64,000 nucleotides of DNA. It comes from Candidatus Falkowbacteria bacterium. GTDB taxonomy: Bacteria; Patescibacteriota; Patescibacteriia; Patescibacteriales; UBA12465. The stretch is from assembly GCA_037132255.1 (NCBI GenBank), contig JBAXPN010000001.1, positions 81,020 to 145,019 of the forward strand. The letters run 5' to 3'. The notes below the pieces were generated by a model. That model saw nothing but the letters and a program-made list of their open reading frames with translations, made no database searches and was not told the DNA's origin. Of the stretch, positions 8,674-18,311 are shown one piece after another. The number at the start of each line of letters is the position of its first letter. Position 1 is the stretch's first letter. Both the position numbers and the translations under genes were made by a program.

Positions 8674-10453
8674 GATAATTGAAAAAACCGAGAAGGAAAC
8701 TATTTCTTGGAAAATTTTTGGTCGAGAATTGTGGAAACTTCTACAACCATTCCGAAAATTATTTTACGCGACCAGCGCGATTATTTTGGTATCCGCGATT
8801 TTGGATTTAGGGATGCCTTATATTTTAAAACTCTTGATTGATGGTCTTAATGGTTTTGATTTAGATAATCTTTGGGTTCTCATTAAATTAATTATTCTTT
8901 ATTTGGCAACCAGCCAGGTGCGTTCTTTACTTGATTATTTTAGCGACCGGCGTATTTTACGATTACTGGTCGATGTCGAATATCATTTAGGTGTTAAGGC
9001 GCAAGCAAAATTAGTATCGCTTGATTTAGGCTATCATGAGCGCGAGAATACCGGCGCCAAGATAGTAAAGATTGAGCGCGGTGTTGATAAAATATCGCAA
9101 TTTTTAAACAATATTTTTTGGGAAGTAGCGCCGACTGTTATCCAATTATTTTTGACTCTGATTGCTCTATTTTGGTCTGATTGGCGGATTGGTTTATCAT
9201 TTCTAGTCTTTGCGCCGATGTATCTGGCGACAACCTATTTTGCCAATAAAAAGATGTATCCGGTGCGAAAAGCGATTTATAAAGATTATGAGGTCGCGTC
9301 AGGAAAAATGGGACAGGCAATTATTAACATTAACGCCGTTCAATCTTTCGTGCAGGAGAAGCGCGAATTAAGTGAGTTTGAAAAAATTAAAGTTAAAGTT
9401 CGCGAGAATGAAGATAAGCAATTCGGCTGGATGATGAAAGTTAGTCTCGGCCGAAGCGTTATTGTCGATGTCGGACGCGCCGTTGTTTTATTTCTTGGCG
9501 TTTATTTTGTTTATAAAGGAGTTCTCAGCGTTGGTACTTTAATCTTTGCTTTTACTTTAAGCGAAAAAGCTTATATTTCTCTTTACCGTCTATCTCGTTT
9601 TTATGACCGCATGGAAGAGGGGCGCGAGGGCGTTAATCGTTTACTAAAGTTATTTAATAGCGAGACCTCAATTATCAATAAAAAGAACGGTTATAAGCCG
9701 AAAGATATTAAAGGTGAAATTAAATTCGAACATACTAGTTTTTATTATGGTGATAATAAGAAACCGGCCATAATTGACCTTAATTTTAAAATTACTCCCG
9801 GCTGCGTTATCGCTCTGGTTGGACCATCTGGTGGCGGTAAGACAACCGTCGCACGTTTAATTTATCGTCATTATGATCCGCAAAAAGGACGAGTCTTGCT
9901 TGATGATAAAGATTTACGCGATTACGACGTTCAGTCCTTCCGAAAATTTCTAGCGATTGTGCCGCAAGAAGTAGAAATTTTTGATCTTAGCGTTCGCGAG
10001 AATATTGCCTATGCTAAGCCGAAGGCCTCGTTTCAAGAAATTCAAGCGGCCGCTCGGATTGCTAATGCCGAAGAATTTATCACAAAACTTGATAAGGGCT
10101 ATGAAACAATGGTTGGTGAGCGGGGAATTCGCTTGTCCGGCGGACAAAGACAGCGTATTGGTATCGCTCGTGCAATCTTAGCTAATCCGCGGATTTTAAT
10201 TTTCGACGAAGCGACTTCAAATCTTGATAGTCAAAGCGAAGTCTTGATTCAAGATGCGATGGAAAAAATTAGTCGTGGCCGAACCATGATTATTATTGCT
10301 CATCGTCTTAGTACTATTAAAAAAGTTGATAAAATTATCGTTCTCGAAAACGGTCGCGTTGCCGAAGAGGGTAGTCATTCCGAGCTCGCTCATGTGACCG
10401 GCGGTCTTTACGCTAAACTCCTGAAACTACAAGAACTTGGCGAAGTGGATTAA
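8657..10453 (+). CDS. ABC exporter, fused permease and ATPase (MsbA/type I exporter-like)
   Basis: 598 aa. A six-helix TMD is followed by an NBD with GPSGGGKTT (Walker A), LSGGQRQRIGIARA (signature) and ILIFDEATSNLD (Walker B). It overlaps the murC end by 17 nt. Confidence 0.9.
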   Translation: MGKNNKIIEKTEKETISWKIFGRELWKLLQPFRKLFYATSAIILVSAILDLGMPYILKLLIDGLNGFDLDNLWVLIKLIILYLATSQVRSLLDYFSDRRILRLLVDVEYHLGVKAQAKLVSLDLGYHERENTGAKIVKIERGVDKISQFLNNIFWEVAPTVIQLFLTLIALFWSDWRIGLSFLVFAPMYLATTYFANKKMYPVRKAIYKDYEVASGKMGQAIININAVQSFVQEKRELSEFEKIKVKVRENEDKQFGWMMKVSLGRSVIVDVGRAVVLFLGVYFVYKGVLSVGTLIFAFTLSEKAYISLYRLSRFYDRMEEGREGVNRLLKLFNSETSIINKKNGYKPKDIKGEIKFEHTSFYYGDNKKPAIIDLNFKITPGCVIALVGPSGGGKTTVARLIYRHYDPQKGRVLLDDKDLRDYDVQSFRKFLAIVPQEVEIFDLSVRENIAYAKPKASFQEIQAAARIANAEEFITKLDKGYETMVGERGIRLSGGQRQRIGIARAILANPRILIFDEATSNLDSQSEVLIQDAMEKISRGRTMIIIAHRLSTIKKVDKIIVLENGRVAEEGSHSELAHVTGGLYAKLLKLQELGEVD

Positions 10454-10499
10454 AAGCCTTTATATTTGCCTTTTTTACGTATTACCCTATAATTAAGAC

Positions 10500-11519
10500 A
10501 TGCTTACAATTCTCAAAAACGTCCCCTTAGCACCTTATACAACTCTTAAAATCGGCCAAGCAGCCGAATTTTTTGCCGTTATTAGGAGTCTTGAGGATTT
10601 ACGCGAAGCTATATCGTGGGCTAAGGAAAATAAGCAGAAGATATTTATTATCGGTGGCGGCTCAAATATTTTAATCAGTAAAAAAGTCAAAGGCCTAGTG
10701 CTCAAGAATGAGATTAAAGGAATGGAAGTAATTGAACGCGAAGAAGACTATGCGCTCGTTGAAGCGAAATCGGGAGAGGCTTGGACGAAGTTTGTGAACT
10801 ATACAGTTGAGCGTGATTTATATGGTTTAGAAAATTTATTTTTAATATACGGCACGGTTGGCGCCGCCCCGGTCCAAAATATTGGCGCTTATGGCGTTGA
10901 GCTTAAAGATTCGTTTTATCATCTTAAGGCAGTTGATTTAAAAACCGGACATGAAAAAATATTTTCGGCGTCTGACTGCAAATTCGGTTATCGTGATAGC
11001 ATTTTTAAAAATAGATTGAAGGGTAAATATTTTATTTATTCTGTGACCCTGAAGCTAAAGCGGGAAGCAGATTATAAATTAGATTACGGTTCAATCCGAG
11101 AAGAACTCCTAAAGAAGGGAATTTCTAAACCTTATTTACAGGATATTGTTCGCGTGATTACTCAAATACGTAATAATAAATTACCTAATCCTGGAGTATT
11201 GCCAAACGCTGGTTCATTTTTTAAGAATGCCGAGGTTAGCTTGCGTAAATTGCATGGTTTGCAAAAAAAATATCCGAATATTCCTAATTTTCCGGCCGGT
11301 AAATTATTGGCAAAAATTCCGACTGGTTGGTTAATTGAGCAGGCTGGTTATAAGGGTAAAGTTGTTGGGCCGGTTAGTATGTATGAGCGTCAGGCATTAA
11401 TTCTTGTTAATCATGGAGGCGCTGAAGCAAAACACGTACTAAGCTTGGTAAAAAAAGTTAAAGCGGCTGTCAAGAAAAAATTTGGTATTGAAATAAATGA
11501 AGAAGTTAACGTAATATAA
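10500..11519 (+). CDS. murB: UDP-N-acetylenolpyruvoylglucosamine reductase
   Basis: 339 aa with an FAD-binding N-terminus (PYTTLKIGQAAEFF, IIGGGSNIL) and GSFFKN / GWLIEQAG motifs. Confidence 0.9.
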   Translation: MLTILKNVPLAPYTTLKIGQAAEFFAVIRSLEDLREAISWAKENKQKIFIIGGGSNILISKKVKGLVLKNEIKGMEVIEREEDYALVEAKSGEAWTKFVNYTVERDLYGLENLFLIYGTVGAAPVQNIGAYGVELKDSFYHLKAVDLKTGHEKIFSASDCKFGYRDSIFKNRLKGKYFIYSVTLKLKREADYKLDYGSIREELLKKGISKPYLQDIVRVITQIRNNKLPNPGVLPNAGSFFKNAEVSLRKLHGLQKKYPNIPNFPAGKLLAKIPTGWLIEQAGYKGKVVGPVSMYERQALILVNHGGAEAKHVLSLVKKVKAAVKKKFGIEINEEVNVI

Positions 11520-11543
11520 AATATTATTCAAGAAATTAAATAT

Positions 11544-13358
11544 ATGAATTCATCTGAACTCCGTCAGAAATATCTCGATTATTTTGCTTCTCAAAATCAC
11601 GCCGTGATTTCGAGTGCTTCTTTAATTCCGGAAAATGATCCGACGGTTTTGTTTACTACTGCCGGCATGCATCCATTAGTGCCATATTTACTGGGTGAAA
11701 AGCATCCCGCCGGAAATCGCTTAAGCAGCGCTCAGAAATGTATTCGTACAGGCGATATTGATGAGGTCGGCGATTTAACTCATCATACATTTTTTGAAAT
11801 GATGGGCAATTGGTCACTCGGCGATTATTTTAAGCAAGAGGCGATTAATTATAGTTGGGAGTTTTTGACTAGCCCAGAATGGCTTGGTCTTGATAAAAAT
11901 CGCTTAGCCGTTTCCGTTTTCATGGGAGACGATGATGCGCCTTTTGACGAAGAAGCTTATAATTTTTGGAAAGAAATATTTAGCGCGAATAGTTTACCGC
12001 TAGAAAGAATCGCTAAATTACCAAAGAAAAATAATTGGTGGGGTCCGGCTGGTACAACTGGTCCTTGCGGACCGGACACAGAAATTTTTTATTGGTCGGG
12101 CGATGGAAGTAAAGTCCCGATGAGTTTTAATGATGATAATGGTTCTTGGGTAGAGATTTGGAATAATGTTTTCATGCAATATAATAAAAATGCGGAAGGC
12201 AAATTTGAAGCTCTCAAGCAAAAGAATGTTGATACCGGCTTAGGTCTTGAACGAGTGCTCGCTGTTATTAATGGTCTTGATGATAATTATAAGACGGAAT
12301 TATTTATTAATTTAATAAATAAAATTGAGGAGTTTAGTGGTCGTAAATATGATTCTGATAAGGAAACAACTCGTGCGATGCGTATTATCGCCGATCATCT
12401 TAAGGCAGCGACATTCATCATCGGTGATAGCCATGGTACCACGCCTTCAAATACTGATCAGGGCTATGTTGTTCGTCGTTTAATTAGACGGGCGATTAGA
12501 TACGGAAAACAAATCGGTATTAATAAAGAGTTGTGGACAGCGGAAATTTGTCGGGTTGCAATCCATGATTATAAACAAATATATTCCGAGTTAGAAAAAA
12601 ATCAGGAATTTATAATCAGCAATATAAACAAAGAGGAGGAAAAGTTTTCTAAGACTTTAGAAAAAGGTTTATTAGAATTTAAAAAATTAGAAAATAAAAA
12701 TATTAGCGGCGTTGAAGCTTTTAATTTATATCAAAGCTATGGCTTCCCGCTTGAAATGACCGAAGAGTTGGCTCAAGAAAATGGAGCTAAGGTCGATCGT
12801 GTAAGTTTTGAAGAAGAACTTAAGAAGCATCAAGACCTTTCCCGAACCGCATCGGCTGGTAAGTTTAAGGGCGGTCTAGCTGATTCCGGCGAAGAAACGA
12901 CTAAACTTCATACGGCTGCTCATCTCTTATTAGCATCATTACGTAAAGTTTTGGGAGATCACGTTGTGCAAAAGGGAAGTAATATTACGCCTGATAGACT
13001 GCGTTTAGATTTTTCGCATCCGGAGAAAATGACGCCCGAACAGTTAAGCACCGTTGAAGATTTGGTTAATGGGGCGATTACTAGCAATTACAAGGTTGTT
13101 TGCGAAGAATTATCGCTTGAAGACGCTAAAAAGAGAGGCGCTATGGGCGTTTTTGACTCAAAATATGGCGAAAAGGTTAAGGTTTATACGGTTTCTTCAG
13201 TATCAGCTGATGGAAGCCCAAAAATTGAAGAAGCCTTTTCACAGGAGATTTGTGGAGGGCCACATGTCGAGGCAACGGGCAATATGGGGCATTTTAAGAT
13301 TCAGAAGGAAGAGGCCTCGAGCTCTGGGGTCCGAAGAATCAAGGCGGTTTTAGAATAA
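11544..13358 (+). CDS. alaS: alanine--tRNA ligase, short form (no C-Ala domain)
   Basis: 604 aa. Class II core (FTTAGMHP, RTGDIDEVG, FFEMMGNWS) and editing-domain metal motifs (HTAAHLL, CGGPHV). The ORF stops soon after the editing domain. Confidence 0.93.
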   Translation: MNSSELRQKYLDYFASQNHAVISSASLIPENDPTVLFTTAGMHPLVPYLLGEKHPAGNRLSSAQKCIRTGDIDEVGDLTHHTFFEMMGNWSLGDYFKQEAINYSWEFLTSPEWLGLDKNRLAVSVFMGDDDAPFDEEAYNFWKEIFSANSLPLERIAKLPKKNNWWGPAGTTGPCGPDTEIFYWSGDGSKVPMSFNDDNGSWVEIWNNVFMQYNKNAEGKFEALKQKNVDTGLGLERVLAVINGLDDNYKTELFINLINKIEEFSGRKYDSDKETTRAMRIIADHLKAATFIIGDSHGTTPSNTDQGYVVRRLIRRAIRYGKQIGINKELWTAEICRVAIHDYKQIYSELEKNQEFIISNINKEEEKFSKTLEKGLLEFKKLENKNISGVEAFNLYQSYGFPLEMTEELAQENGAKVDRVSFEEELKKHQDLSRTASAGKFKGGLADSGEETTKLHTAAHLLLASLRKVLGDHVVQKGSNITPDRLRLDFSHPEKMTPEQLSTVEDLVNGAITSNYKVVCEELSLEDAKKRGAMGVFDSKYGEKVKVYTVSSVSADGSPKIEEAFSQEICGGPHVEATGNMGHFKIQKEEASSSGVRRIKAVLE

Positions 13359-13359
13359 T

Positions 13360-13884
13360 ATGGGCTTATTATATTTTTTGCCTGAGACTATTTCAACAAT
13401 AAATATTATTCCTGGTTATTTTTTAGGCCATTTCCCGATGATTTTGATTATTGGTCTATTCCTGAGCCTAATTGTTTATTTGTGTTATAAATTAAAGCGA
13501 AAGAAAAAGATAGAAAAAGATGGTGATTTTTTACTGACCATCTTTTTTTTATTTTGGTTAATTCTGACTGCTTTTTGGACGGTTGCTAATGTGCTTGATT
13601 ATAAGCGTAATCAAGTATATTATCATTACGATTTACCAAAAAAACAAATTGCCCGCGTGTGCAATTTATTAACAACTGATGATGGTCTATGCCGTATATT
13701 TTCATTTATTAAAAATATTCAAGCCATTGTTCCTCCTGGAGCGATAGTTAAGATTGAGGCTATTGATACCGAGAAAACTTTTTTAGAGTATTATATTTAT
13801 CCAAAGTATAAATATACGGAAAATAATTTAGAGGCTGATTATTTATTGTATTATCCTGAAAAAATAATCAAAAAAAACAAATAG
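13360..13884 (+). CDS. hypothetical membrane protein
   Basis: 174 aa with 2 TM helices and a Tyr-rich soluble tail. It starts 1 nt after the alaS stop (TAATATG junction). Confidence 0.5.
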   Translation: MGLLYFLPETISTINIIPGYFLGHFPMILIIGLFLSLIVYLCYKLKRKKKIEKDGDFLLTIFFLFWLILTAFWTVANVLDYKRNQVYYHYDLPKKQIARVCNLLTTDDGLCRIFSFIKNIQAIVPPGAIVKIEAIDTEKTFLEYYIYPKYKYTENNLEADYLLYYPEKIIKKNK

Positions 13885-13891
13885 TTCCGAT

Positions 13892-15241
13892 ATGATTATT
13901 TTAAAAATATTTTTATATTTTATTTCGCTTTTAGTGCCAGGCTATCTGACTTTATGGTGTATTAAGACAAGACGGCCATTAGCTAACTTGCTAAATTTAG
14001 CATTGGGCTATGGTCTTGGTTCTTTTTTCGTCACTTTATTGTATTTTACGGCTGTTTTTTGGATGCATATGGCGGCTAGCTTATCTCTATGGTGGCTAGT
14101 TTGCCTTATTATTTCGCTATTATCAGGATTTTTTATCTTTTTTCGTCACGGTATACAAGCTACAGAGACTAAGAATATTAAAGAGATAAAAACAACCAAG
14201 CGGCAAAAAATAATTATATTGATTATTATCGCATTTGTTGTCGTTAATTCAGTCTCATTAATTAGCAGCACATTGGTTCGTCCGGTTGCTACCTTTGATA
14301 GCTTGTCCATGTGGTCGGGCAAAGCTAAAACTTTGTATTTTAATAATAAGCTTGATTTTAATCCTGACTCGCAATATTTTTTAGGTGGCGGTGGGCATAA
14401 TAATTATCCCTGGCAAATTCCATTAATGCAGTTAGGACTCAGTTTAAATTTCGGTGGGTATAATGATCTCTATACTAATTTTATTTTTTTGGCATTTTTT
14501 ATTGCTTTATTAATTTTAGTTCATTCTTTTTTATTTAGAATAACAAATTTTTATAAAGCAACGATTTTGACTTTCTTTCTTTTTTCATTACCTCTAGTTT
14601 TTTATCATGGGTTTAATTCATATGCGGATTTAGCGCTCTCATTTTATATAACTGGATCATTGATATATTTATTTAAATGGCTGGAATTTAAAAATAGAGC
14701 AGACTATTATTTGTCAATATCTTTTTTCGCGGCGGCATTTTTTGTTAAAGATGCGGCTCTCCTATATTTGCCGGCATTCTTTGCGATATTCTTTTATCAA
14801 ATACTTAAGAAGGAGATAAAGAAATATGAATGTTTTCGTTATTTCATCTCGAGCTTCTGTTTACTTTTGCCTTGGATTTTTTTTAAATTCATGTGGAATT
14901 TGAGTTATTCTAATTCGGGATCCGGTCTTAATATGATTTTTCCGGTAAAACTTATTCTTAGTTTTTTAGGATCTCTTTTCGTAAGTTATAGTTGGAATAT
15001 TTGGATTTTTATCGCCATTTTGGTATTTATTATTAAATTTAAAAAAATTATTAATGATAAACTCGCTTTTTCGGCATGGATATTTGTTGGTATTTCAATA
15101 ATTTCTTTAATATTAGCGTTCTCTTTTGCGGCAGTATCCCAGTATGCCTATGATCAGACGGCTCTTTCGCGAACGATGATGCCCTTAATTATTAGTTCAT
15201 TTTTGGCAGTGGGATTTTCGTTAAAAGAAAACAAGATTTAA
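13892..15241 (+). CDS. polytopic membrane protein, possibly a GT-C-like glycosyltransferase
   Basis: 449 aa with more than 10 predicted TM helices and an early extracytoplasmic loop carrying FDSLSMWSGKAK. The architecture resembles ArnT/PMT-type enzymes, but the functional call is weak. Confidence 0.4.
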   Translation: MIILKIFLYFISLLVPGYLTLWCIKTRRPLANLLNLALGYGLGSFFVTLLYFTAVFWMHMAASLSLWWLVCLIISLLSGFFIFFRHGIQATETKNIKEIKTTKRQKIIILIIIAFVVVNSVSLISSTLVRPVATFDSLSMWSGKAKTLYFNNKLDFNPDSQYFLGGGGHNNYPWQIPLMQLGLSLNFGGYNDLYTNFIFLAFFIALLILVHSFLFRITNFYKATILTFFLFSLPLVFYHGFNSYADLALSFYITGSLIYLFKWLEFKNRADYYLSISFFAAAFFVKDAALLYLPAFFAIFFYQILKKEIKKYECFRYFISSFCLLLPWIFFKFMWNLSYSNSGSGLNMIFPVKLILSFLGSLFVSYSWNIWIFIAILVFIIKFKKIINDKLAFSAWIFVGISIISLILAFSFAAVSQYAYDQTALSRTMMPLIISSFLAVGFSLKENKI

Positions 15242-15244
15242 CTC

Positions 15245-15273
15245 TTGACAACTTGGGTTCTTATCTCTATAAT
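15245..15273 (+). promoter_or_regulatory. consensus sigma70-type promoter for the infA-rpsI operon
   Basis: TTGACA (15245-15250), a 17-nt spacer, then TATAAT (15268-15273). Both hexamers match the consensus perfectly. Confidence 0.6.
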
Positions 15274-15323
15274 AATTTTATTAAGAATATTATTAGATAA
15301 AACTAATTTTTATAATAGATTTT

Positions 15324-15360
15324 GATAAAGCAGACAGACTAGTCTTTATCAAATTTTTTT
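15324..15360 (+). promoter_or_regulatory. leader hairpin followed by a T-run upstream of infA
   Basis: GATAAAG (15324-15330) pairs with CTTTATC (15344-15350) across a 13-nt loop, followed by AAATTTTTTT. It lies between the promoter and the infA start. Confidence 0.3.
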
Positions 15361-15366
15361 GTGTTA

Positions 15367-15624
15367 ATGTCAAAAAATAAGGAAAAGACAAACGATAGCT
15401 CAGACACCCTTAACGCCAAGGACTTTATTGAGATGCAGGGCGAGGTGCTGGAACTTATGCCAGCCGCGAGTTTTCGGGTGAAGCTAGAAAATGGTCACGA
15501 GATATCCGCTCATTTATCTGGGAAAATGCGTATGAATAAGATACGCTTGCTCCCTGGAGATAAAGTTAAACTACAGATTAGTCCGTATGATTTAACCAAG
15601 GGTCGCATCACGTATCGCCTCTAA
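15367..15624 (+). CDS. infA: translation initiation factor IF-1
   Basis: The core [65 protein letters not shown] is the IF-1 S1 fold. ATG 15367 is preferred over the in-frame GTG at 15361. There is an N-terminal extension of about 18 aa. Confidence 0.9.
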   Translation: MSKNKEKTNDSSDTLNAKDFIEMQGEVLELMPAASFRVKLENGHEISAHLSGKMRMNKIRLLPGDKVKLQISPYDLTKGRITYRL

Positions 15625-15650
15625 ACTTAATTAATTTTAGAATTTTCAAT

Positions 15651-15764
15651 ATGAAGGTAAGAGCCAGTGCTAAAAAAATTTGCAAAGATTGTAAGGTGGT
15701 ACGACGCAAAGGTCGCGTTCACGTCATTTGCAAAAACCCTAAACATAAACAAAGACAGGGGTAA
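15651..15764 (+). CDS. rpmJ: ribosomal protein L36 (Zn-ribbon form)
   Basis: Hand-translated; below the ORF-track cutoff: [37 protein letters not shown]. It sits in the canonical infA-rpmJ-rpsM position. Confidence 0.93.
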   Translation: MKVRASAKKICKDCKVVRRKGRVHVICKNPKHKQRQG

Positions 15765-15775
15765 TTTATTATTTT

Positions 15776-16171
15776 ATGGCAGTAAGAATCGCGGGAGTAA
15801 ATATTCCCAATGACAAAAGAGTAGAAATCGCTCTAACTTATATCCACGGTGTTGGCCGAACTCGGTCTAACAAGGTTTTAGCTGAGGCTAAAGTTGATAA
15901 GGATGTTAGAGTTAAAGATCTTAAAGAAGAGGAAGTTAACCGTTTAAGAGAAATTGTTGAAAAGAAATATACGGTTGAGGGCGATTTACGCCGTGAGGTC
16001 GCAAGCAATATCAAGCGTTTACGCGAGATCGGTTGTTACCGCGGTTTACGCCACGCTAAGCATTTACCGGTAAGAGGACAAAGAACCAAGACTAATAGCA
16101 GAACTGTCCGTGGCAATAAACGTGTTACTATGGGTAGCGGTAAATCCAAGGCTGGATTACAAAAGACCTAA
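15776..16171 (+). CDS. rpsM: ribosomal protein S13
   Basis: [27 protein letters not shown]..., in conserved operon order. Confidence 0.96.
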   Translation: MAVRIAGVNIPNDKRVEIALTYIHGVGRTRSNKVLAEAKVDKDVRVKDLKEEEVNRLREIVEKKYTVEGDLRREVASNIKRLREIGCYRGLRHAKHLPVRGQRTKTNSRTVRGNKRVTMGSGKSKAGLQKT

Positions 16172-16191
16172 TCATTTATAAAGATTAAAAT

Positions 16192-16776
16192 ATGTCTGAA
16201 GAAGTAAAAAAAGAAGCCAAAAGTGAAGTCATAAAGGAACCAAAAAAAGTTCCAGCTCTTCCTGTTGAAGAAAAAGAAGAAAAGGAAGAAAAAGAAACTG
16301 AAGGCTTTAACTTTGATTCTAGCGATGAGGAATTGCCGGAAGAAATCAAGCAAAAATTAGAAAAAAATAAACAGGCTCGGGCGAAAAAGAAGTTAATCAA
16401 GAAAAAGAAGAAAAAGACTGCTAAAATCGTCAAAGTCGGTCGCGCTTATATCCAAGCGACTTATAATAACACCATGATAACTTTAACCGATACTAATGGT
16501 GATGTTATTTCTTGGGCAAGTGCTGGTTTAGCTGGTTTTAAGGGTGCCAAAAAAGCGACTCCTTATGCCGCACAAATTATTACAAAAATTGCTGCGCAGA
16601 AAGCTAAGGAAGAATACGGTTTACAAGAGGTAAGCGTATTTGTTTCCGGTGTTGGGACTGGTCGTGAAGCGGCCATCCGCGCTTTAAATGCTAATGGTTT
16701 AGATGTTGTTGCCATCAAAGACGTAACTCCGGTTCCGCATAATGGCTGCCGTCCTAAAAAACCACGTCGAGTATAA
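16192..16776 (+). CDS. rpsK: ribosomal protein S11 with a K/E-rich N-terminal extension of about 65 aa
   Basis: The C-terminal ~125 aa ([18 protein letters not shown]...[19 protein letters not shown]) are S11. There is no in-frame ATG/GTG/TTG between 16192 and the conserved core. Confidence 0.93.
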   Translation: MSEEVKKEAKSEVIKEPKKVPALPVEEKEEKEEKETEGFNFDSSDEELPEEIKQKLEKNKQARAKKKLIKKKKKKTAKIVKVGRAYIQATYNNTMITLTDTNGDVISWASAGLAGFKGAKKATPYAAQIITKIAAQKAKEEYGLQEVSVFVSGVGTGREAAIRALNANGLDVVAIKDVTPVPHNGCRPKKPRRV

Positions 16777-16787
16777 TATAAAATAAT

Positions 16788-17417
16788 ATGGGAAGAAATA
16801 TTGATGCTTCATGCAAACAATGCCGTCGAGTTGGTGAAAAACTTTTTCTAAAAGGAGAACGTTGTGCTAGCCCGAAATGCGGAATGGTAAAACGTAATTA
16901 TGCTCCAGGTTTTCATGGTCCTAAGGGCCGAAAGCGCTTAAGTGATTACGGATTGCAATTACAAGAAAAACAAAAGGCAAAGAAATTGTACGGCTTGTTA
17001 GAAAAGCAGTTCCGTTTGACTTATGCCAAGGCCTCTAAGAAGCCTGGTGATGCTGGTAAGAATTTCTTACGTTTACTTGAAATGCGTCTTGATAATGTTG
17101 TTTACCGTCTTGGTTGGGCATCTTCCCGTTCCCAAGCTCGTCAATTAGTTAATCATGGTCATTTCACAGTAAACAATCGTAAAGCTTCTGTTCCATCTTT
17201 CTCTGTAAAGCTTGGCGAAACTATAAAAATTAAAAAGAGCAGCTTATCAAATCGTTTCTTTAAGAATCTTGGTGAGAAACTTAAGAAAGCTGATAGACCA
17301 AGCTGGTTGAATCTTGATGTTACTGATTTAAGCGCTAAGGTTCTTCATGAACCAAAGGATACTGATTTACCACAAAACATTAACGTACAAATGATTATTG
17401 AGTATTACTCAAAATAA
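16788..17417 (+). CDS. rpsD: ribosomal protein S4
   Basis: N-terminal Cys cluster (CKQCRR..C..PKC) and S4 domain RLDNVVYRLGWASSRSQARQLVNHGH. Confidence 0.96.
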   Translation: MGRNIDASCKQCRRVGEKLFLKGERCASPKCGMVKRNYAPGFHGPKGRKRLSDYGLQLQEKQKAKKLYGLLEKQFRLTYAKASKKPGDAGKNFLRLLEMRLDNVVYRLGWASSRSQARQLVNHGHFTVNNRKASVPSFSVKLGETIKIKKSSLSNRFFKNLGEKLKKADRPSWLNLDVTDLSAKVLHEPKDTDLPQNINVQMIIEYYSK

Positions 17418-17465
17418 ATTAATTGCCGGCGTTCGAATTTTTATTCGCCGCCAGCCGCATTATCT

Positions 17466-18293
17466 ATGCAAAACATTGCTTTACCTAAAAAAATTGATTT
17501 TAAAGAAGGTAGCAATCCGAATGAAGGAACCATCTCTGTTGAACCTTTATTTCCGGGTTACGGTATGACTTTGGGCAACTCTTTGCGCCGAGTTCTATTA
17601 TCGTCTCTTCCGGGTGCAGCCGTTATTGGCGCAAAAATTAAGGGAGCGAGTCATGAATTTATGGCTTTGCCACACATCAAAGAGGACGTCCTGGAAATGA
17701 TTTTGAATTTAAAACAATTACGTCTTAAAGTATATACTGAAGAAGAAGTTCGTTTAGAGCTTAAAGTAAAAGGAAAGAAAGTTGTTACCGCTGGTGACAT
17801 CATGAAAAATAGCCAAGTCGAAATAAAAAATCCGGAATTGGTTATTGCTAATATTACTGATGAAGCGGGAAGTTTAGAGATGGAAATTGTCGTTAAAGAA
17901 GGCCGTGGTTATAAAATGCCTGAAGGTGCTAAAAAAGAAAACAGAGAAATCGGTTATATCGAAATTGATTCAATGTTTTCTCCGGTTACCGTTGTTTCCA
18001 GCTCAGTTGAAAATACTCGCGTTGGCAAAATGACTAATTGGGATAAGTTAATCTTAAATGTTAAGACTGACGGTACTATTACTCCGGAACACGCTTTCAA
18101 TGAAACAGTTAAAATTTTAGTCGACCAATATAGCGCTTTACTTCCTGGAGCAATGGCTAAAAAAGAGGAAGAAACTGAATTAGTTGTAGAAGCTGAAGTA
18201 TCTGAGCCAGAAGAAGTTGTCGAAGAAGAAATTGTTGAAAAGAAAGAAAAAAAGGAAAAGAAAGAAAAAAAGACCACTAAAACTAAAAAATAA
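17466..18293 (+). CDS. rpoA: DNA-directed RNA polymerase alpha subunit: N-terminal domain plus an acidic/lysine tail, with no alpha-CTD
   Basis: 275 aa. The NTD (GYGMTLGNSLRRVLLSSLPGAAV ... ILVDQYSALL) is followed by KKEEETELVVEAEVSEPEEVVEEEIVEKKEKKEKKEKKTTKTKK and a stop. rplQ starts 18 nt later. Confidence 0.92.
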   Translation: MQNIALPKKIDFKEGSNPNEGTISVEPLFPGYGMTLGNSLRRVLLSSLPGAAVIGAKIKGASHEFMALPHIKEDVLEMILNLKQLRLKVYTEEEVRLELKVKGKKVVTAGDIMKNSQVEIKNPELVIANITDEAGSLEMEIVVKEGRGYKMPEGAKKENREIGYIEIDSMFSPVTVVSSSVENTRVGKMTNWDKLILNVKTDGTITPEHAFNETVKILVDQYSALLPGAMAKKEEETELVVEAEVSEPEEVVEEEIVEKKEKKEKKEKKTTKTKK

Positions 18294-18311
18294 TTAGTAA
18301 CCCACGTTGAT

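Noticed and set aside
16230-16420. Purine-rich periodic repeats (GAAGAAAAGGAAGAAAAAGAA; also 18150-18290 and 56044-56240) that look like tandem or CRISPR-like arrays at first glance.
   Set aside because: They are in-frame K/E codon runs within rpsK, rpoA and rpoD. There are no unique spacers and no repeat-spacer periodicity. No CRISPR array or cas gene is present in the window.
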